Below, piece by piece: positions 1 through 11,874 of a stretch of 64,000 nt of DNA. A model generated the notes under the pieces. The model was given only the letters and a program-made list of their open reading frames with translations. It searched no databases and had not been told where the DNA came from. Within the stretch, counting starts at the first letter, position 1, and each line of letters opens with the position of its first letter. A program made the position numbers and the translations under genes. The DNA comes from Squalus acanthias (taxonomy: Eukaryota). The DNA lies in contig JASTWF010000352.1 in the NCBI GenBank assembly GCA_030390025.1, positions 372,001 to 436,000 of the forward strand, read 5' to 3'.

Positions 1-2053
1 GAAGGAAAATTATGATTTGATAAATTAACCCCTTGGGCTCTAACCAGGGTCACAATGGAGTCTCTTCTTTCCTTTGTTATATGGAAGTTACCCTGTAAAC
101 TAATTGCAGCACTTCTGTCTCTAATGTTAAAACACTGTGTAAGCCACCTAGCCTGGAAATCATTTGTTTCTGAAATTGGAAATGGAAGATAAATTGATAG
201 AAATGAAATTGAACATTGACAAAACCGGTCAGTTCAACAGTACTGCTGTTTGGATTTTGGGATAATTTTGAAATAACAAAATGGACTCAGGCACTATATA
301 TATATTGGGTTACTTTTGGGAAAATAAAAGATCCTCTAAAATAATGATAAATAAAAAAGTTTTAATAACTTGGACCAAGTGAGAATGTTTGATCTATGTT
401 TTCAATTTTAAATATTGTACTGGACAGTAAAGTTCCTCCAGGGCTCATGAATGAGATATGAGTAGTAATTAAAGGGATGTGTAAAATGGAGAGAGGACGT
501 GATTGAAGGTGTAAGATTGAAACAGGAGAATTACACTGCTGAATGGGAATTTTAAAAACTTGCTAGTGAAAGTCAGGAAAGCGTAGCTAAGAATAGTAAA
601 TTGATCGCTTTCTCTTGGAGACATTTGTGTCCCTGCCTATAATGAACTTTTAAGAAAACTGAATTTGATAGCCTGGCCACTACCCAAGACATCGGGACCA
701 TGCAGAGGAAGATGAACAAAGACAATCTTTTGATAAGATACCTGAAAGCCCGAGAAAGGCACATGTGGCATGATATTGAGATACCGGTATGAGTGTGCAA
801 ATGTGATTTGTTACGTATGAAGCAATTACCATCTGGAAATATATGTTGAATTTGCACTGAAGAACGGGTCTCAGACATGCTCAGTTACTTGACTACAGCA
901 AAACATGAAATGGTTAATGTGGCTCAGGAGAGCGAGACAACTTTTAAAGCATTGACACAAACTCCATCGAGAAACTATCTAATTAATGAAACAATCAGAA
1001 TAGAGTTAAACGCACCGGTGCCTGTTAGAGGGATTGAAATTGAAGTTGAAGTGGAGAGTTACCTGGAATCTGGATTGGGACAATTGAGGGCTAAGGAAAA
1101 ATCATGTTTAGTAAGAACTATCCACAATATGGATACGAGTAAAAGAGCGATCTGGAGAATCTTTTAAGTCCATGATTTGTTGATTAGATGTTAAACTGTA
1201 ATGTTGCTTGAAATGATTGTAAGACTGAATTTAACTGTGACTGTAATAATTGTGTTTTGTAGGTAACAGAGCGTGGGAAAAACCAGTGCGAATCCAGTAT
1301 GAGGTGGTTTTGGTGGTGCCTCCTGTGTCACTACTACTGCAACTACCATGCTTTACGGGTCTAACAGGACCTGTCCCATCAACCAACACATTTTACATAA
1401 TATCGAAACCTATGCTCAAGTGAAACGGACAGTAAATGAGGTACTTAAGTATGAGCTGCACAATTATATGGCACAATTCGGATACGACATTCCCCTGTTG
1501 TCTAAAGTTATCAGTGAGCTCATGATGCGACTGAACTCCTCCCTAAAGCATTTTTATGTTCTGAAGCAAGACAACTCGAGAATAGATATTGAAATTGACA
1601 GCATGGGGACAACTGGGCTTAATATATCAGCACACACTTAGATTTGTATTATTTCACACGCTCTGGTAGTTCTCCAACTTGTAATGATAGTGTATTTGAT
1701 ATATGTAACCTATGTAGTAAGATACACAAGCCAATTGGGTACTCATGCCCATGACTAACCAGCACTAACAAATTGAGCACACCGAAAGAGAAGATCCGAA
1801 GCAATGTAGAGGAGACCCCAGGCGGGGTAACATCAGGAAAGATAGAAGAAACAGAGGATACCCCAGGCGGGGCAGAATTGGAACACCGGAATGGACTATT
1901 GGAAGGGAGAAATCTTCAAGACTCCCTACAAACTAACGCCCAAGTTGAAAGAGAGCAATAAGAACTAACTAGATTAGTCAAGAGCCGATTGTGAGAAGTC
2001 AATAAGGGTTATTTCCTCCTCAAAGAAGGGAATTGTAAGAAATAGCTGTTAGA

Positions 2054-2640
2054 TTCAAAGATGGGTTGAAGCTTTTCCATGCAAAAAGAATGATGCTGTA
2101 ACAGTTGCAAAGTGTTTGTTAAAAGAAATCATACCAAGGTTTGGAATACCTATGCAACTTTCATGCGACAACGGATCACATTTTACTGGAATGATCATAA
2201 AGGAACTATGTAAGGCTTTGCAGATTAATCAGCATTTCCACTGCAGTTATCATCCGCAATCCGCGGGACTAGTAGAAAGATATAACGGAATGCTGAAGAA
2301 TAAACTTTCTAAACTTTGCAATGAAACTGGACTAAAATGGGTCGAACTGTTACCCTTAGCATTGATGGTAATGCGAGCAGCAACTAACAGGGCAACTGGA
2401 CTGTCGCCACATGAGATTGTTATGGGAAGACCCCAAAGGCTGCCATTCTCAGCACCCTTTACGGTTAAACAAATGGACATTCATAAAATGGATGCAAATA
2501 TGCTAAACTATTGCATTGCATTAACTAGATGTATTTCCAGCTTTCACCAACAGGTAAAGGAAGCTCAAACGGAACCGGCCGAAGGAAAGTGCCATAATTT
2601 GGAACCAGGAGATGACGTCTACACAAAGAAACGAGTTTAA
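2054..2640 (+). pseudogene. pol: ERV integrase core fragment (truncated at both ends)
   Basis: Translation reads RWVEAFP...LLKEIIPRFGIP..LSCDNGSHF...YHPQSAGLVERYNG...ATGLSPHEIVMGRP...LEPGD, with the second D and the E of the DDE motif. The N-terminal part and the C-terminal domain are missing. Confidence 0.9.
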
Positions 2641-3766
2641 GGGGGGAGGATATTCATTAGAAAATTTTAAGGGATGGTACAAGCCGACGTATGATTATAC
2701 GAAAGAACCTCCTTTTCTAGCCCTTACCAATACATCGGGAAAGGGCTGACCGATCGGGGATATATGCTGGGAACGCGATCTAGGACAGACTAAAGGGAAC
2801 AGAGTTAATATGGGGAAAAGTCGTTGCATACAAAAGTTCATTACGTACGAGGCAGGAAGTTCCATGGAAAGCTGGTGGTTCAATACTACCAGTTTGATGA
2901 ATTTGACTAATAACAGACCATGGAATGGGACTAAACGATTGAATACTGACAATCAGATGAGTTTTACCGTTTTCCGCACCAACGCGAAACCTGATCAACC
3001 GGGACAGATAGTGACAGCCTATAACGGGACGTACTTCATATGCGGTCACAGAGCATACCCTTGGCTACCAGAGAATTGGGCAGGATCATGCTATTTGGGG
3101 TATGTAGTACCATACATACACCCCATAAAGGAATTGAAAGACCACCATAAGCATAGCTGTAAGAAAAGAGAACTCCCCACATGGAAGATGTTAGTTGGAG
3201 CTATGTTTCCCCCTGCTGGAATAGCGTTTACTTCCCAAGAAATACTGTTACTGTCAGCATTAATCGAGGGGGTAGCTAATGACACGGTTAAATCCCTGAG
3301 GGAGGTGAGCGCTGAAATGGTAGCCCTGAGAACCGTCGCCCTACAAAATAGAATGGCACTAGATTACCTACTAGCTGCAAAGGGAGGTACATGTGCCATG
3401 ATCGGAGCAGAATGCTGCACATATATCCCAGATAGCTCAGAAAATATAACCAACTTAGCGGACCATATTCAGAAACAGGTTGCCCTGCTCCATCAATCCA
3501 GGACCAAAGGCGGCTGGGTTGATTGGATATTAGGGGGATGGTTGGGATCAATGGGACAAGTATTATTGCATGGATTAGTAGTAGTAGCAGCCGCGATTGT
3601 ATGTATCATTTTGGTTGTCACAATGATTAAGTGTTGTTGTGATAGGTTAGGCAAGGTAGTCATACCTGAAGTAAGTATGATGATACAGAAAGAAATAAAT
3701 GACGAAGAAGAAAAGTATGGTCCCTTCGGGGAGGAACTGAGGCGATTGAATAAAATACAATTTTAA
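2620..3766 (+). pseudogene. env: Partial gamma-type (class I) retroviral envelope: SU C-terminus plus complete TM
   Basis: ORF 2810-3766 has NGTYFICG/WAGSCYLG, a furin-like KKR, a fusion peptide, the immunosuppressive domain LQNRMALDYLLAAKGGTC, CX6CC (CAMIGAECC) and a hydrophobic TM segment. The frame extends upstream past one TGA (~2747) to ~2620. No signal peptide or SU CXXC is present. Confidence 0.92.
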
Positions 3767-4417
3767 GGATTAGACAACCTAGACAAAATATACATATATA
3801 TATACATTTTTGCATGCTCCCCACTTTCGGTAAACATATTCTTCCACCCAAATGGGATCTGCAGGCTAGGGAAAGAGAGAGGACTCCTTTCAACTGCCGG
3901 TGACGTCGACCTTGTATACCACTTGGTCCGCACTCTGGAGGCTCACGTAGAAGCACTTGTGCTTAGGAGAACCCCACAGGTTAGGTATAAACTGTGTGGG
4001 TCATGAATCAGTTCTCCTCTATAAGCTGCAGTTCCCTAGGAGAACCCCACAGGTTAGGCATAAGCTGTGTGGGCCATGGCTGTACCCTATCTCCTTAGAG
4101 GGTGTATAGCGACACCCGAACTGCAGGCTAGTATAAGCTGCAGGAAAAGTTAGAGAACAGCAGACTAATGAACCACAAAAGTACGCCACAGTCACCAAAA
4201 CACAACTAAAACCCCTACAAGAACATACGCCCAAACACCGAGAATAGACAGAGAAGAAGGACGATCTTAAATAAGGTCAGCCATCAATACAGGTATAATC
4301 CCGAGGATGGTTAAAACAGAAAAGAAGTTGGCATCCCTGGCCAAAATCCAAATTTGGTACAGGAACCGACAAGAAAGACCGAAAGGGTTAAATTGAGCTA
4401 TTTTGTCCTTGAAGGAC

Positions 4418-4430
4418 AAAAAGGGGGGAA
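4418..4430 (+). other. Polypurine tract of the ERV
   Basis: AAAAAGGGGGGAA lies immediately before the LTR-initial TG. Confidence 0.88.
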
Positions 4431-4962
4431 TGTGGAAGTGCAGTTTTTGTCTCGGACAAAATGGCTTCCTCGACACAAAGAGTGATCTAAAATGGCCGAC
4501 TCTGACTTGTATTGAATAAAGAAAGAATCCGTTGTTATGTTTCTCATGAAACTGAATTTAAAGTTTCAGACTATGCTGTCAGCAAAGTCTGCCAGCACAA
4601 AGAAACAACAGGCTTAAATTGAGATAACCAAGGGCTAGTGAAGTAAACAACCAGGCGCCTCGGCCTTGGTGAGAGAAGAACAGATAGATAGACTCCATCT
4701 TGTAGAGATTAGTTAGTCTCACCGTAAGGCATTTCTTACGTGTTTTTTAACTTTTAACTTAGCTTACCTTAAACAACATGTCATGTGATATGGGAAGCTT
4801 GTGTTTTCAGTGTATAAGATCTTCCATTTTCTGTGATTCTTCAGTCTGTCATCGTAGCTAATTGGGCTATGGTTGCATTCTCCTTGCAAGTAAAATATAA
4901 TAATAAAGCCTTCTTTGACGATATTGTATCAAGAGTCTTACTCGGAAGTCGAAACTTCGACA
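4431..4962 (+). mobile_element. ERV 3' LTR (~532 bp)
   Basis: Starts TGTGGAAGT after the PPT and ends ACTTCGACA (8/9 inverted terminal repeat, TG...CA). Contains a TATA-like GTATAAG at ~4812 and AATAAA at ~4902. Confidence 0.88.
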
Positions 4963-6518
4963 CTGGTCCAGATGGCTTGCATCCCAGGTTGCAAAGTGAA
5001 TTGGGGGAGGAGATAGCAGAAGGGCTTGCCATAATTTTCCAATCTTCCCTAGATGCGGGGGAGGTGCATGAGGAATTGAAAGTGGCAAATGTGACACCAT
5101 TGTTCAAGAAAGGGTGTAAGGACAATTCTAGTAACAACAGGCCGGTCAGTTTAACATCAGTGGTGGGTAAAGTTTTAGAAACAATAATCAAGGAAAAAAT
5201 GAACGGGCACTTGGAGAGGTTTAAGCTAATTAAGAAGCGCCAATACGGATTTGTGAAAGGCAGATCGTGTTTGACTAATCTAATTGAATTTTTTGATGAA
5301 GTAACAGAGAGGATTGATGAAGGGAATGCAATGGATGTTGTCTACATGGATTTTCGGAAGGCGTTTGACAAAGTACCACATAGAAGGCTGGTTAACAAAA
5401 TTGAGGCTCATGGAATAGGTGTGTCAGTGACAGCTTGGATAAGGAATTGGCTGAAGGACAGAAAACAGCGAGTTGTGGTAAATGGCTGTTATTCAGACTG
5501 GAGGATGGTAGACAGTGGTGTTCCCCAAGGGTCAGTGCTGGGGCCACTGCTTTTTTTGATATATATAATTGATCTGGCTATTGGAATACAGAGTAGAATT
5601 TCTAAATTTGCCGATGACACCAAACTTAGGGGTGTGACAAACAGTGAGAATGATACCAATCGACTGCAACAGGACATAGAAAGGCTAGCAGAATGGGCAG
5701 ACAAGTGGCAGATGGAATTTAATACATAGAAGCGTGAGGTGATGCATTTTGGCAGATGGAACAGGGAGAGGCAATATACACTTAATGGCACAGTTTTAAA
5801 GAGTGTACAGGGACAGAGGGACCTGGGAGTTAATGTGCATAGGTCCCTGAAGGTGGCAGGACATATTGATAGAGTGGTTAGCAAAGCATATGGGATTTTG
5901 GGCTTCATAAATAGATGTATTGAGTACAGAAGTAGAGAAGTTATGCTGAAGCTTTATAAAGCGCTGGTTAGGCCACAACTGGAGTATTGCGTCCAGTTCT
6001 GGTCACCACACTTTAGGAAGGATGTGAAGGCCCTTGAGAGGGTGCAGAGGAGATTTACCAGAATGGTTCTGGGGATGGGGGATCTTAGATACAAGGACAG
6101 GTTGGAGAAGCTGGATTTGTTTTCATTAGAGCAAAAGAGGTTGAGGGGTGATTTGATAGAAGTGCACAAGATTATGACGGGTTTGGATAGGCTAGATGGA
6201 GAAAGGCTGTTCCCACTAGTTTATGGTACACGGACTAGGGGACACAAATTTAAGGTTTTGGGCAAGAGATACGGGGGGGACGTGAGGAAAAACTTTTTTA
6301 CGCAGCGAGTGGTGAGGACCTGGAATTCGCTGCCGACGGAAGTGGTGGAAGCGGAGACACTCAATGTTTTCAAGGGGAGACTGGATAGGCACTTGAGGGA
6401 AATACATTTACAGGGCTACGGGGATAGCGCGGGGAATGGGACTGACTGGATTGCTCTCCAGAGAGCCGGCACGGATTCGATGGGCCGAATGGCCTCCTTC
6501 TGTGCCGTTATGACTCTA
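4963..6518 (+). mobile_element. CR1 LINE, ORF2 RT region to 3' tail (stop at 5727)
   Basis: [52 protein letters not shown] and FFTQRVV motifs; 3'UTR ends in an ATGACTCTA-type tail. Confidence 0.95.
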
Positions 6519-6699
6519 AACCAGACTGGGCGGTCCAGAGGTAGGAGTTAGTAAAGGAATCGTGGCGGCCAGCGTAATTCGCACGGAGGCTGAGGACCCA
6601 GACACTCAGGTTTCTGTATAATTTATTGATTCATTTTGTTTCTTGCCCCTCCAGCCCCAATCTCAACGAAATGACAAAAAAATGTTGTTCTCACCAATT

Positions 6700-7100
6700 G
6701 GGGATTTCAATGGCGGGGTGTTTACCCAGAATCCCCCGCGAGGCAGAATGTGCCCCATCAATGACTACAGGAGCTGAGTGCGCGGGACCGGGCTGTGCTC
6801 TGAGCATGCGCAGTGTGCGTGTTGGCGATGGTCTGCAACGGAAGAGACGGTTCCGGGAGGTGGTAGGAGATTGTGGGCTCGGGGAGGAATTGGACCCGCG
6901 GGTGGGCTGGGAAGCTTCATAAACACCTGGTGTAGGCCTCAGGCCCCGAATAAGAGCCCACAGGCTCCGTGTTTTCCCCGCGGTGACAGGCCCGACCGCT
7001 CGGGTCATCGGGGTCACTGGCCACCATCTTGGACAGGGCGGGATCACGGCGCATGCGCAGCCAACTTGGGCTGGAACAAAGAGTGGGCGGGTCTTCAGGG
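6700..7100 (+). promoter_or_regulatory. CpG-rich promoter-like region upstream of ZNF unit 1
   Basis: CpG-dense, with GCATGCGCA (NRF1-type) motifs at ~6804 and ~7051 and TTCCGG (ETS-type). 6910-6960 resembles the intronic segment of unit 2 at 14845-14890 (minus). Confidence 0.5.
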
Positions 7101-7179
7101 TCCCAGTGACCAGGAGAGACAATCATTGACTCAATGACTCTATTCTCACTCTGCACACAGCGGCTGCCTCACCATTTTC

Positions 7180-8095
7180 AAAAAGATTTCAAACATCAGT
7201 GTGGCTGGAAAAGCACCGAGACACACACACCCGAGCGAGAGTGTTCCAGTGCACTGACTGTGGAAAGAGCTTTAACCAGTTACACAGCCTGAAAAAACGT
7301 CACACCATTCACAGCGGGGAGAAACCGGACACGTGTTCTGTGTGTGGACGAGGCTTCAACTGATTGTCCAACCTGGAGAGACACAAGGACACCCGCACCA
7401 CGGAGAAACCGTGGAAATGTGGGGACTGTGGGAAGGGATTCAATTGCCCGTCCGAGCTGGAAACTCATCGACGCAGTCACACTGGGGAGAGGCTGTTCAC
7501 CTGCTCCGTGTGAGAGAAGGGATTCACTAAATTATCCCACCTTCTGACACACCGGCGTATTCACACTGGGGAGAGACCGTTCACCTGCTCCGTGTGTAGG
7601 AAGGGATTCAGTAATACATCCAACCTGCTGACACACCAGCGAGTTCACACTGGGGAGAGGCCATTTACCTGCTCTGAGTGTGGAAAGGGATTCACTAATT
7701 TATAAAACCTGCTGGCACACCAACTTGTTCACAATGGGGAGAGGCCGTTCTCCTGCTCTGTGTGTGGGAAGAGGTTCAGTCAGTCATCCAACCTGCTGAA
7801 TCACCAGCGAGTTCACTCTGATGAGAGACCTTTTAAATGCTCGGATTGCGGGAAGTGCTATAAAAGTTCCAGGGAACTGATATGCCACCAACGTGTTCAC
7901 ACTGCGGGACTGGGTTCAGGCGATCATCTGACCTCACTGTACACCAGCGCACTCACACTGGAGAGAGACCATTCACCTGCTCCGTGTGTGGGAAGGGATT
8001 CACTCAGTCATCCCAGCTCACTAAACACCAACTTGTTCACACTGAGCTTTAAATGCAGAAATGATCTGCTGAGACACCAGCGAGTTCACAAGTCA
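7180..8095 (+). pseudogene. C2H2 zinc-finger pseudogene (unit 1)
   Basis: Repeated CxxC...[11 protein letters not shown] units with stops at ~7361, ~7511 and ~7703 and deletions/frameshifts at ~7903 and ~8045. Confidence 0.9.
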
Positions 8096-8289
8096 CTACA
8101 GGAGTTGGATTCTACTGTTATTGCTGCTGTTAATCACATCCAGGACTGAACCATGTTCATTCTGACAGTTGGGGTTTATTTCTGCTGATGTTAATAACCC
8201 CTATAACTGGGCTGGAGATTAATATTCTGGATATATGTCAAAAAAATCTGCTTTGTTATAAACACATTGTTATGGATTTCTCATCTCTC

Positions 8290-8872
8290 TTCACTGACAG
8301 CAAAGTCCCCGTGCGGGTTAATCTTGAGGTGTGTAAGAAATGTGTCCCAGCCGCTCTCTGCCATGGTTCAGAGCTCCTAAGCACGGAATAGAAGGCTCCT
8401 TTACAACTGTGTTTAGAGTCAGGAAGAACAACGGTGAATGCTGGAAACGTGCTGTCAAACTGCGATCTGTTCCTGACTGAAAGTGAAACAGGTTTAAGAT
8501 TCCAGTCTAAAGATGACTGGTAATTATTCTATGAAGGTTTAATGTGTTAGTCTGACAGTCCTGAGTCTACAACCCATTTAAAATAAAGCCGTTTAAAATA
8601 AATTGGTGAAAGTCTGCTTTAAAATAGCAGAGGGAGGAGTTCACAGGAGCCTGTTAACTGCTGGTACAATTATACAACAGACATTTGATCTCCAGATAAA
8701 GAAGGACCTGCAGCGTGTTTCCAGGAATTCCCCGTTTTATTGATGTGTGTGTGTGTTAGACACCAGGATAACTAAAAATACACGACCTGGAACATCCACG
8801 GGGGTGCGATCCCGACAGTTACTCTGGGATCACTCCCACTGTGGAACTCCACACTGACCCTGCTGAAGGTTG
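8290..8872 (+). repeat. Duplicated 3' flank shared with 35070-35693
   Basis: Near-identical sequence downstream of ZNF units 1 and 4 (e.g. GAAGGCTCCTTTACAACTGTGTTTAGAGTCAGGAAGAACAACGGTGAATGCTGG). Confidence 0.9.
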
Positions 8873-9226
8873 TTTATAGAGATGGGACGGTGCTCTGTGA
8901 GCCCCTTGCCCGGATCATCAACAGCTCCACAGAGTCAGGGATTGTTCCCTGAGATTGGAAGGGAGCTCACCTGGCTCCCATTTTCCAAATCGGGGACAGA
9001 TCAGAGCCGGGGAACTATAGGCCCATCAGTGTGACCTCGATCACAGGGAAGATGCTTGAAGTGATCCTGAGAGATGCTGTTTATGATCACTGGGGAAAGG
9101 GAAGGAGCCATTCGAGAGACTCAACACGGCTTCAGAAAACAAGGTCAGGTCTACAAACTAGCTGGAGTTTTGTGACGAGGTTGTGAGGTTGGTGGATGAG
9201 GGGAATCCGGTTGACATTGTTGACCT
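8865..9226 (+). mobile_element. Old degenerate CR1 ORF2 fragment (related copy at ~26460-26825)
   Basis: Decayed CEPLA..DWK..PIF..GNYRPISVTS motifs; both copies share AGAGATGGGACGGTGCTCTGTGAGCCCCTTGCCC. Confidence 0.75.
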
Positions 9227-9450
9227 CAGGGGTGTCAAACTCATTTTCTATGGTGGGTCTGATCCGATATCCTGGCACTTGGTGTGGGCCACATTCAGCA
9301 AAAGTTATTAAAATAGGAATAAATGAAGATAAACTATATCAGTGATTATTTACAGTTAGATTTTACTTACAGCTGCTGCTGCTCCCGATCCCTGGCACCT
9401 CTCAGCTTGAACCATTGCATCAACATTTGGAGCTAGTGACTGGGCTGAGG
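9227..9450 (-). mobile_element. hAT (Charlie/SPIN-like) DNA transposon 3' end remnant
   Basis: TIR-like CAGGGGTGTCAAAC at 9227. The minus strand reads AQSLAPNVDAMVQAERCQGSG..stop, resembling the C-terminus of Charlie-type transposases. Confidence 0.65.
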
Positions 9451-9856
9451 CCTGTCCTGGATAAAAACATGAGGATCACTTGTCACCACAGAACCTTGTT
9501 CCCCAACCTCTGACCCTGGAAGAGAATTCCACAGCATCGTCAGTGACATCACAATGACTATCGTTAATAACAACTCTCTGTGTGAAGAAGGTTCTCTCAA
9601 TCATTGTTCTAACTCTCCTACATTTAATCTTGTATCTGTGGCTCCTTGTCTTGACCCCTCAACCACTGGAAACAGCCTGCTTCTATCAACCCCATCCCAC
9701 CTTTCATCATTTTAAACATTTCTATCATATCGCCCTGGAATATGTGCTGAATATGAGAAGGACGAGTCCTAACAGAAAGGACACAAAGTCAGAATGGGCC
9801 TGAGACTGAGCCACCTACCATTCTGGTCAGGAATGCACCTGTACTTCCTGTACTCC

Positions 9857-10575
9857 TTTTTGTCTGAGATGTGGGCGTCGCTGGCAAGGCTGGCATTTAT
9901 TGCAATTATTGCCCCTCCCCAATTGCCCTTGAGCAGGTAGTGGTGAGCCACCTTCTTGAACCGCTGCAGTCCGTGTAGTGAAGGTACTCCCACAGTGCTG
10001 TTAGGGAGGGAGTTCCAGGATTTGACCCAGCGACGATGAAGGATCGGCGATTATATTTCCAAATAAGGATGGTGTGTGACTTGGAGGGGAACTTGGAGGT
10101 GGTGGTGTTCCCCTGCGCCTGCTGCCCTCGTCCTTCCAGGTGGTAGAGGTCATGGGTTTGGGAGGTGCTGCCGAAGAAGCTTTGGCGAGGTCATGGGTTT
10201 GGGAGGTTAACCAAAGGTTTTTAGGGACATGGGTCAAAGGTGGGTATATGGAGTTAGGTCACAGATCAGCCATGATCTCATTGAATGGCGGAACAGGCTT
10301 GAGGGGCTGAATGGCCTTCTGTTCCTATGCTGCCGACGAAACCTTGGCGAGTTGCTGCAGTGCATCTTGGTGGTGGATGGGGTGTCAATCATGCGGGCTG
10401 CTTTGTCCTGGATGGTGTCGAGCTTCTTGAGTGTTGTTGGAGCTGCACTCATCCAGGCAAGTGGAGAGTATTCCATCACACTCCTTACTTGTGCCTTGTA
10501 GATGGTGGAAAGGCTATGGGGAGTCAGGAGGTGAGACACTCGCCGCAGAATACCCAGCCTCTGAGCTGCTCTTGA
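9857..10575 (-). mobile_element. L2/Crack-like LINE 3' portion, interrupted by a short + strand CR1 3'UTR (~10210-10327)
   Basis: [40 protein letters not shown]; same family as 27040-30830. Confidence 0.75.
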
Positions 10576-11526
10576 TGCCACCTCCTCACAGCACACACGC
10601 CCACCCAGCTTTGTGTCATCTGCAAACTTGGAGATATTACATCTAGTTCCCTCGTCTAGATCATTAATATATATTGTGAATAACTGGGGTCCTAGCACCG
10701 ATCCCTGCGGTACCCCACTAGTCACTGCCTGCCACTCGGAAAAAGACCCATTTATTCCAACTCTTTGCTTCCTGTCTGCCAACCAGTTCTCTATCCAAGT
10801 CAGTACCTTACCCCCAATCCCATGTGCTTTAACTTTGCACGCTAATCTCTTATGTGGGATCTTATCGAAAGCCTTCTGAAAGTCCAAATCCACCACATCC
10901 ACTGGTTCTCCCTTATCTATTCTACCAGTTACATCCTCAAAAAATTCCAGTAGATTAGTCAAGCACGATTTACCTTTTGTAAATCCATGTTGACTTTGTC
11001 CGATCCTGTCACTGTTTTCCAAGTACTCTGCTATTACATCTTTTATAATGGACTCTAGCATTTTCCCCACTACCGATGTCAGGCTTACCGGCCTATAATT
11101 CCCCATTTTCTCTCTACCACCTGTTTTAAATAGTGGGGTTACATTAGCTACCCTCCAACCTATGGGAACTGTTCCAGAGTCTATAGAATTTTGGAAGATG
11201 ACCAGCAATGCATCTACTATTTCTAGGGCCACTTCCTTAAGTACCCTAGGATGTAGATTATCAGGCCCTGGGGATTTATCAGCCTTCAATCCCTTCAATT
11301 TCCCGAACACCATTTCCCTACAAATACTGATTTCATTCATTTCCTCCCTCTCATTAGACCCTATGTTCCCCAACATCTCTGGGAGGTTATTTGTGTCCTC
11401 CTTTGTGAAGACAGAACCAAAGTATGTATTTAATTGGTCTGCCATTTCTTTGTTCCCCATTATAAATTCCCCTGATTCTGACTGCAAGGGACCTAAGCTT
11501 GACTTCACCAATCTTTTTCTCTTCAC
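10576..11526 (-). mobile_element. CR1 LINE ORF2 RT fragment
   Basis: [47 protein letters not shown]. Confidence 0.95.
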
Positions 11527-11605
11527 ATATCATCATCGTTGACATCACAATGACTGTTGGCAACGCGGCCATCCTGCATCATCGGTGACATCACAATGAC
11601 ACAAC

Positions 11606-11790
11606 GGTTTAGGGTTCGTGGTCGGGGCCTTGGGGTTCGGCGCTGGTGTTACACTTCGGGGTTTGTGGTGGTGGTTATGGGTTAGAGGTTAGGGTTAGGA
11701 CTAGGTGTTAGGGGTAGAGGTTAGTGGTTATGCTGTGGGTTAGGATTCGTGGTTAGTGGTTTGGCGTTAGGAGACAATGATTAAGGTTAC
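11606..11790 (+). repeat. Degenerate TTAGGG-like simple repeat
   Basis: Run of GGTTAG/GGGTTA variants such as GTTAGAGGTTAGGGTTAGG. Confidence 0.6.
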
Positions 11791-11874
11791 AAACCACTAT
11801 TGACAACGCCAGTGTCACTGGACACGTCCTTTTTCTTTTCATTTTTTGATGTGTGCTCGATACACACATCGAAG

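Noticed and set aside
2810..3766. Domesticated syncytin-like env gene
   Set aside because: It lacks a signal peptide and SU N-terminus, has an upstream in-frame stop and sits in a deleted provirus.
7333..7547. Alternative-frame ORFs over the ZNF exons (MFCVWTRLQ..., MDEASTD...)
   Set aside because: They are GTG-started shadow frames typical of C2H2 repeats.
10234..11526. Single 430-aa RT ORF
   Set aside because: It is a chance in-frame junction of a CR1 fragment, an L2-like fragment and an antisense 3'UTR.
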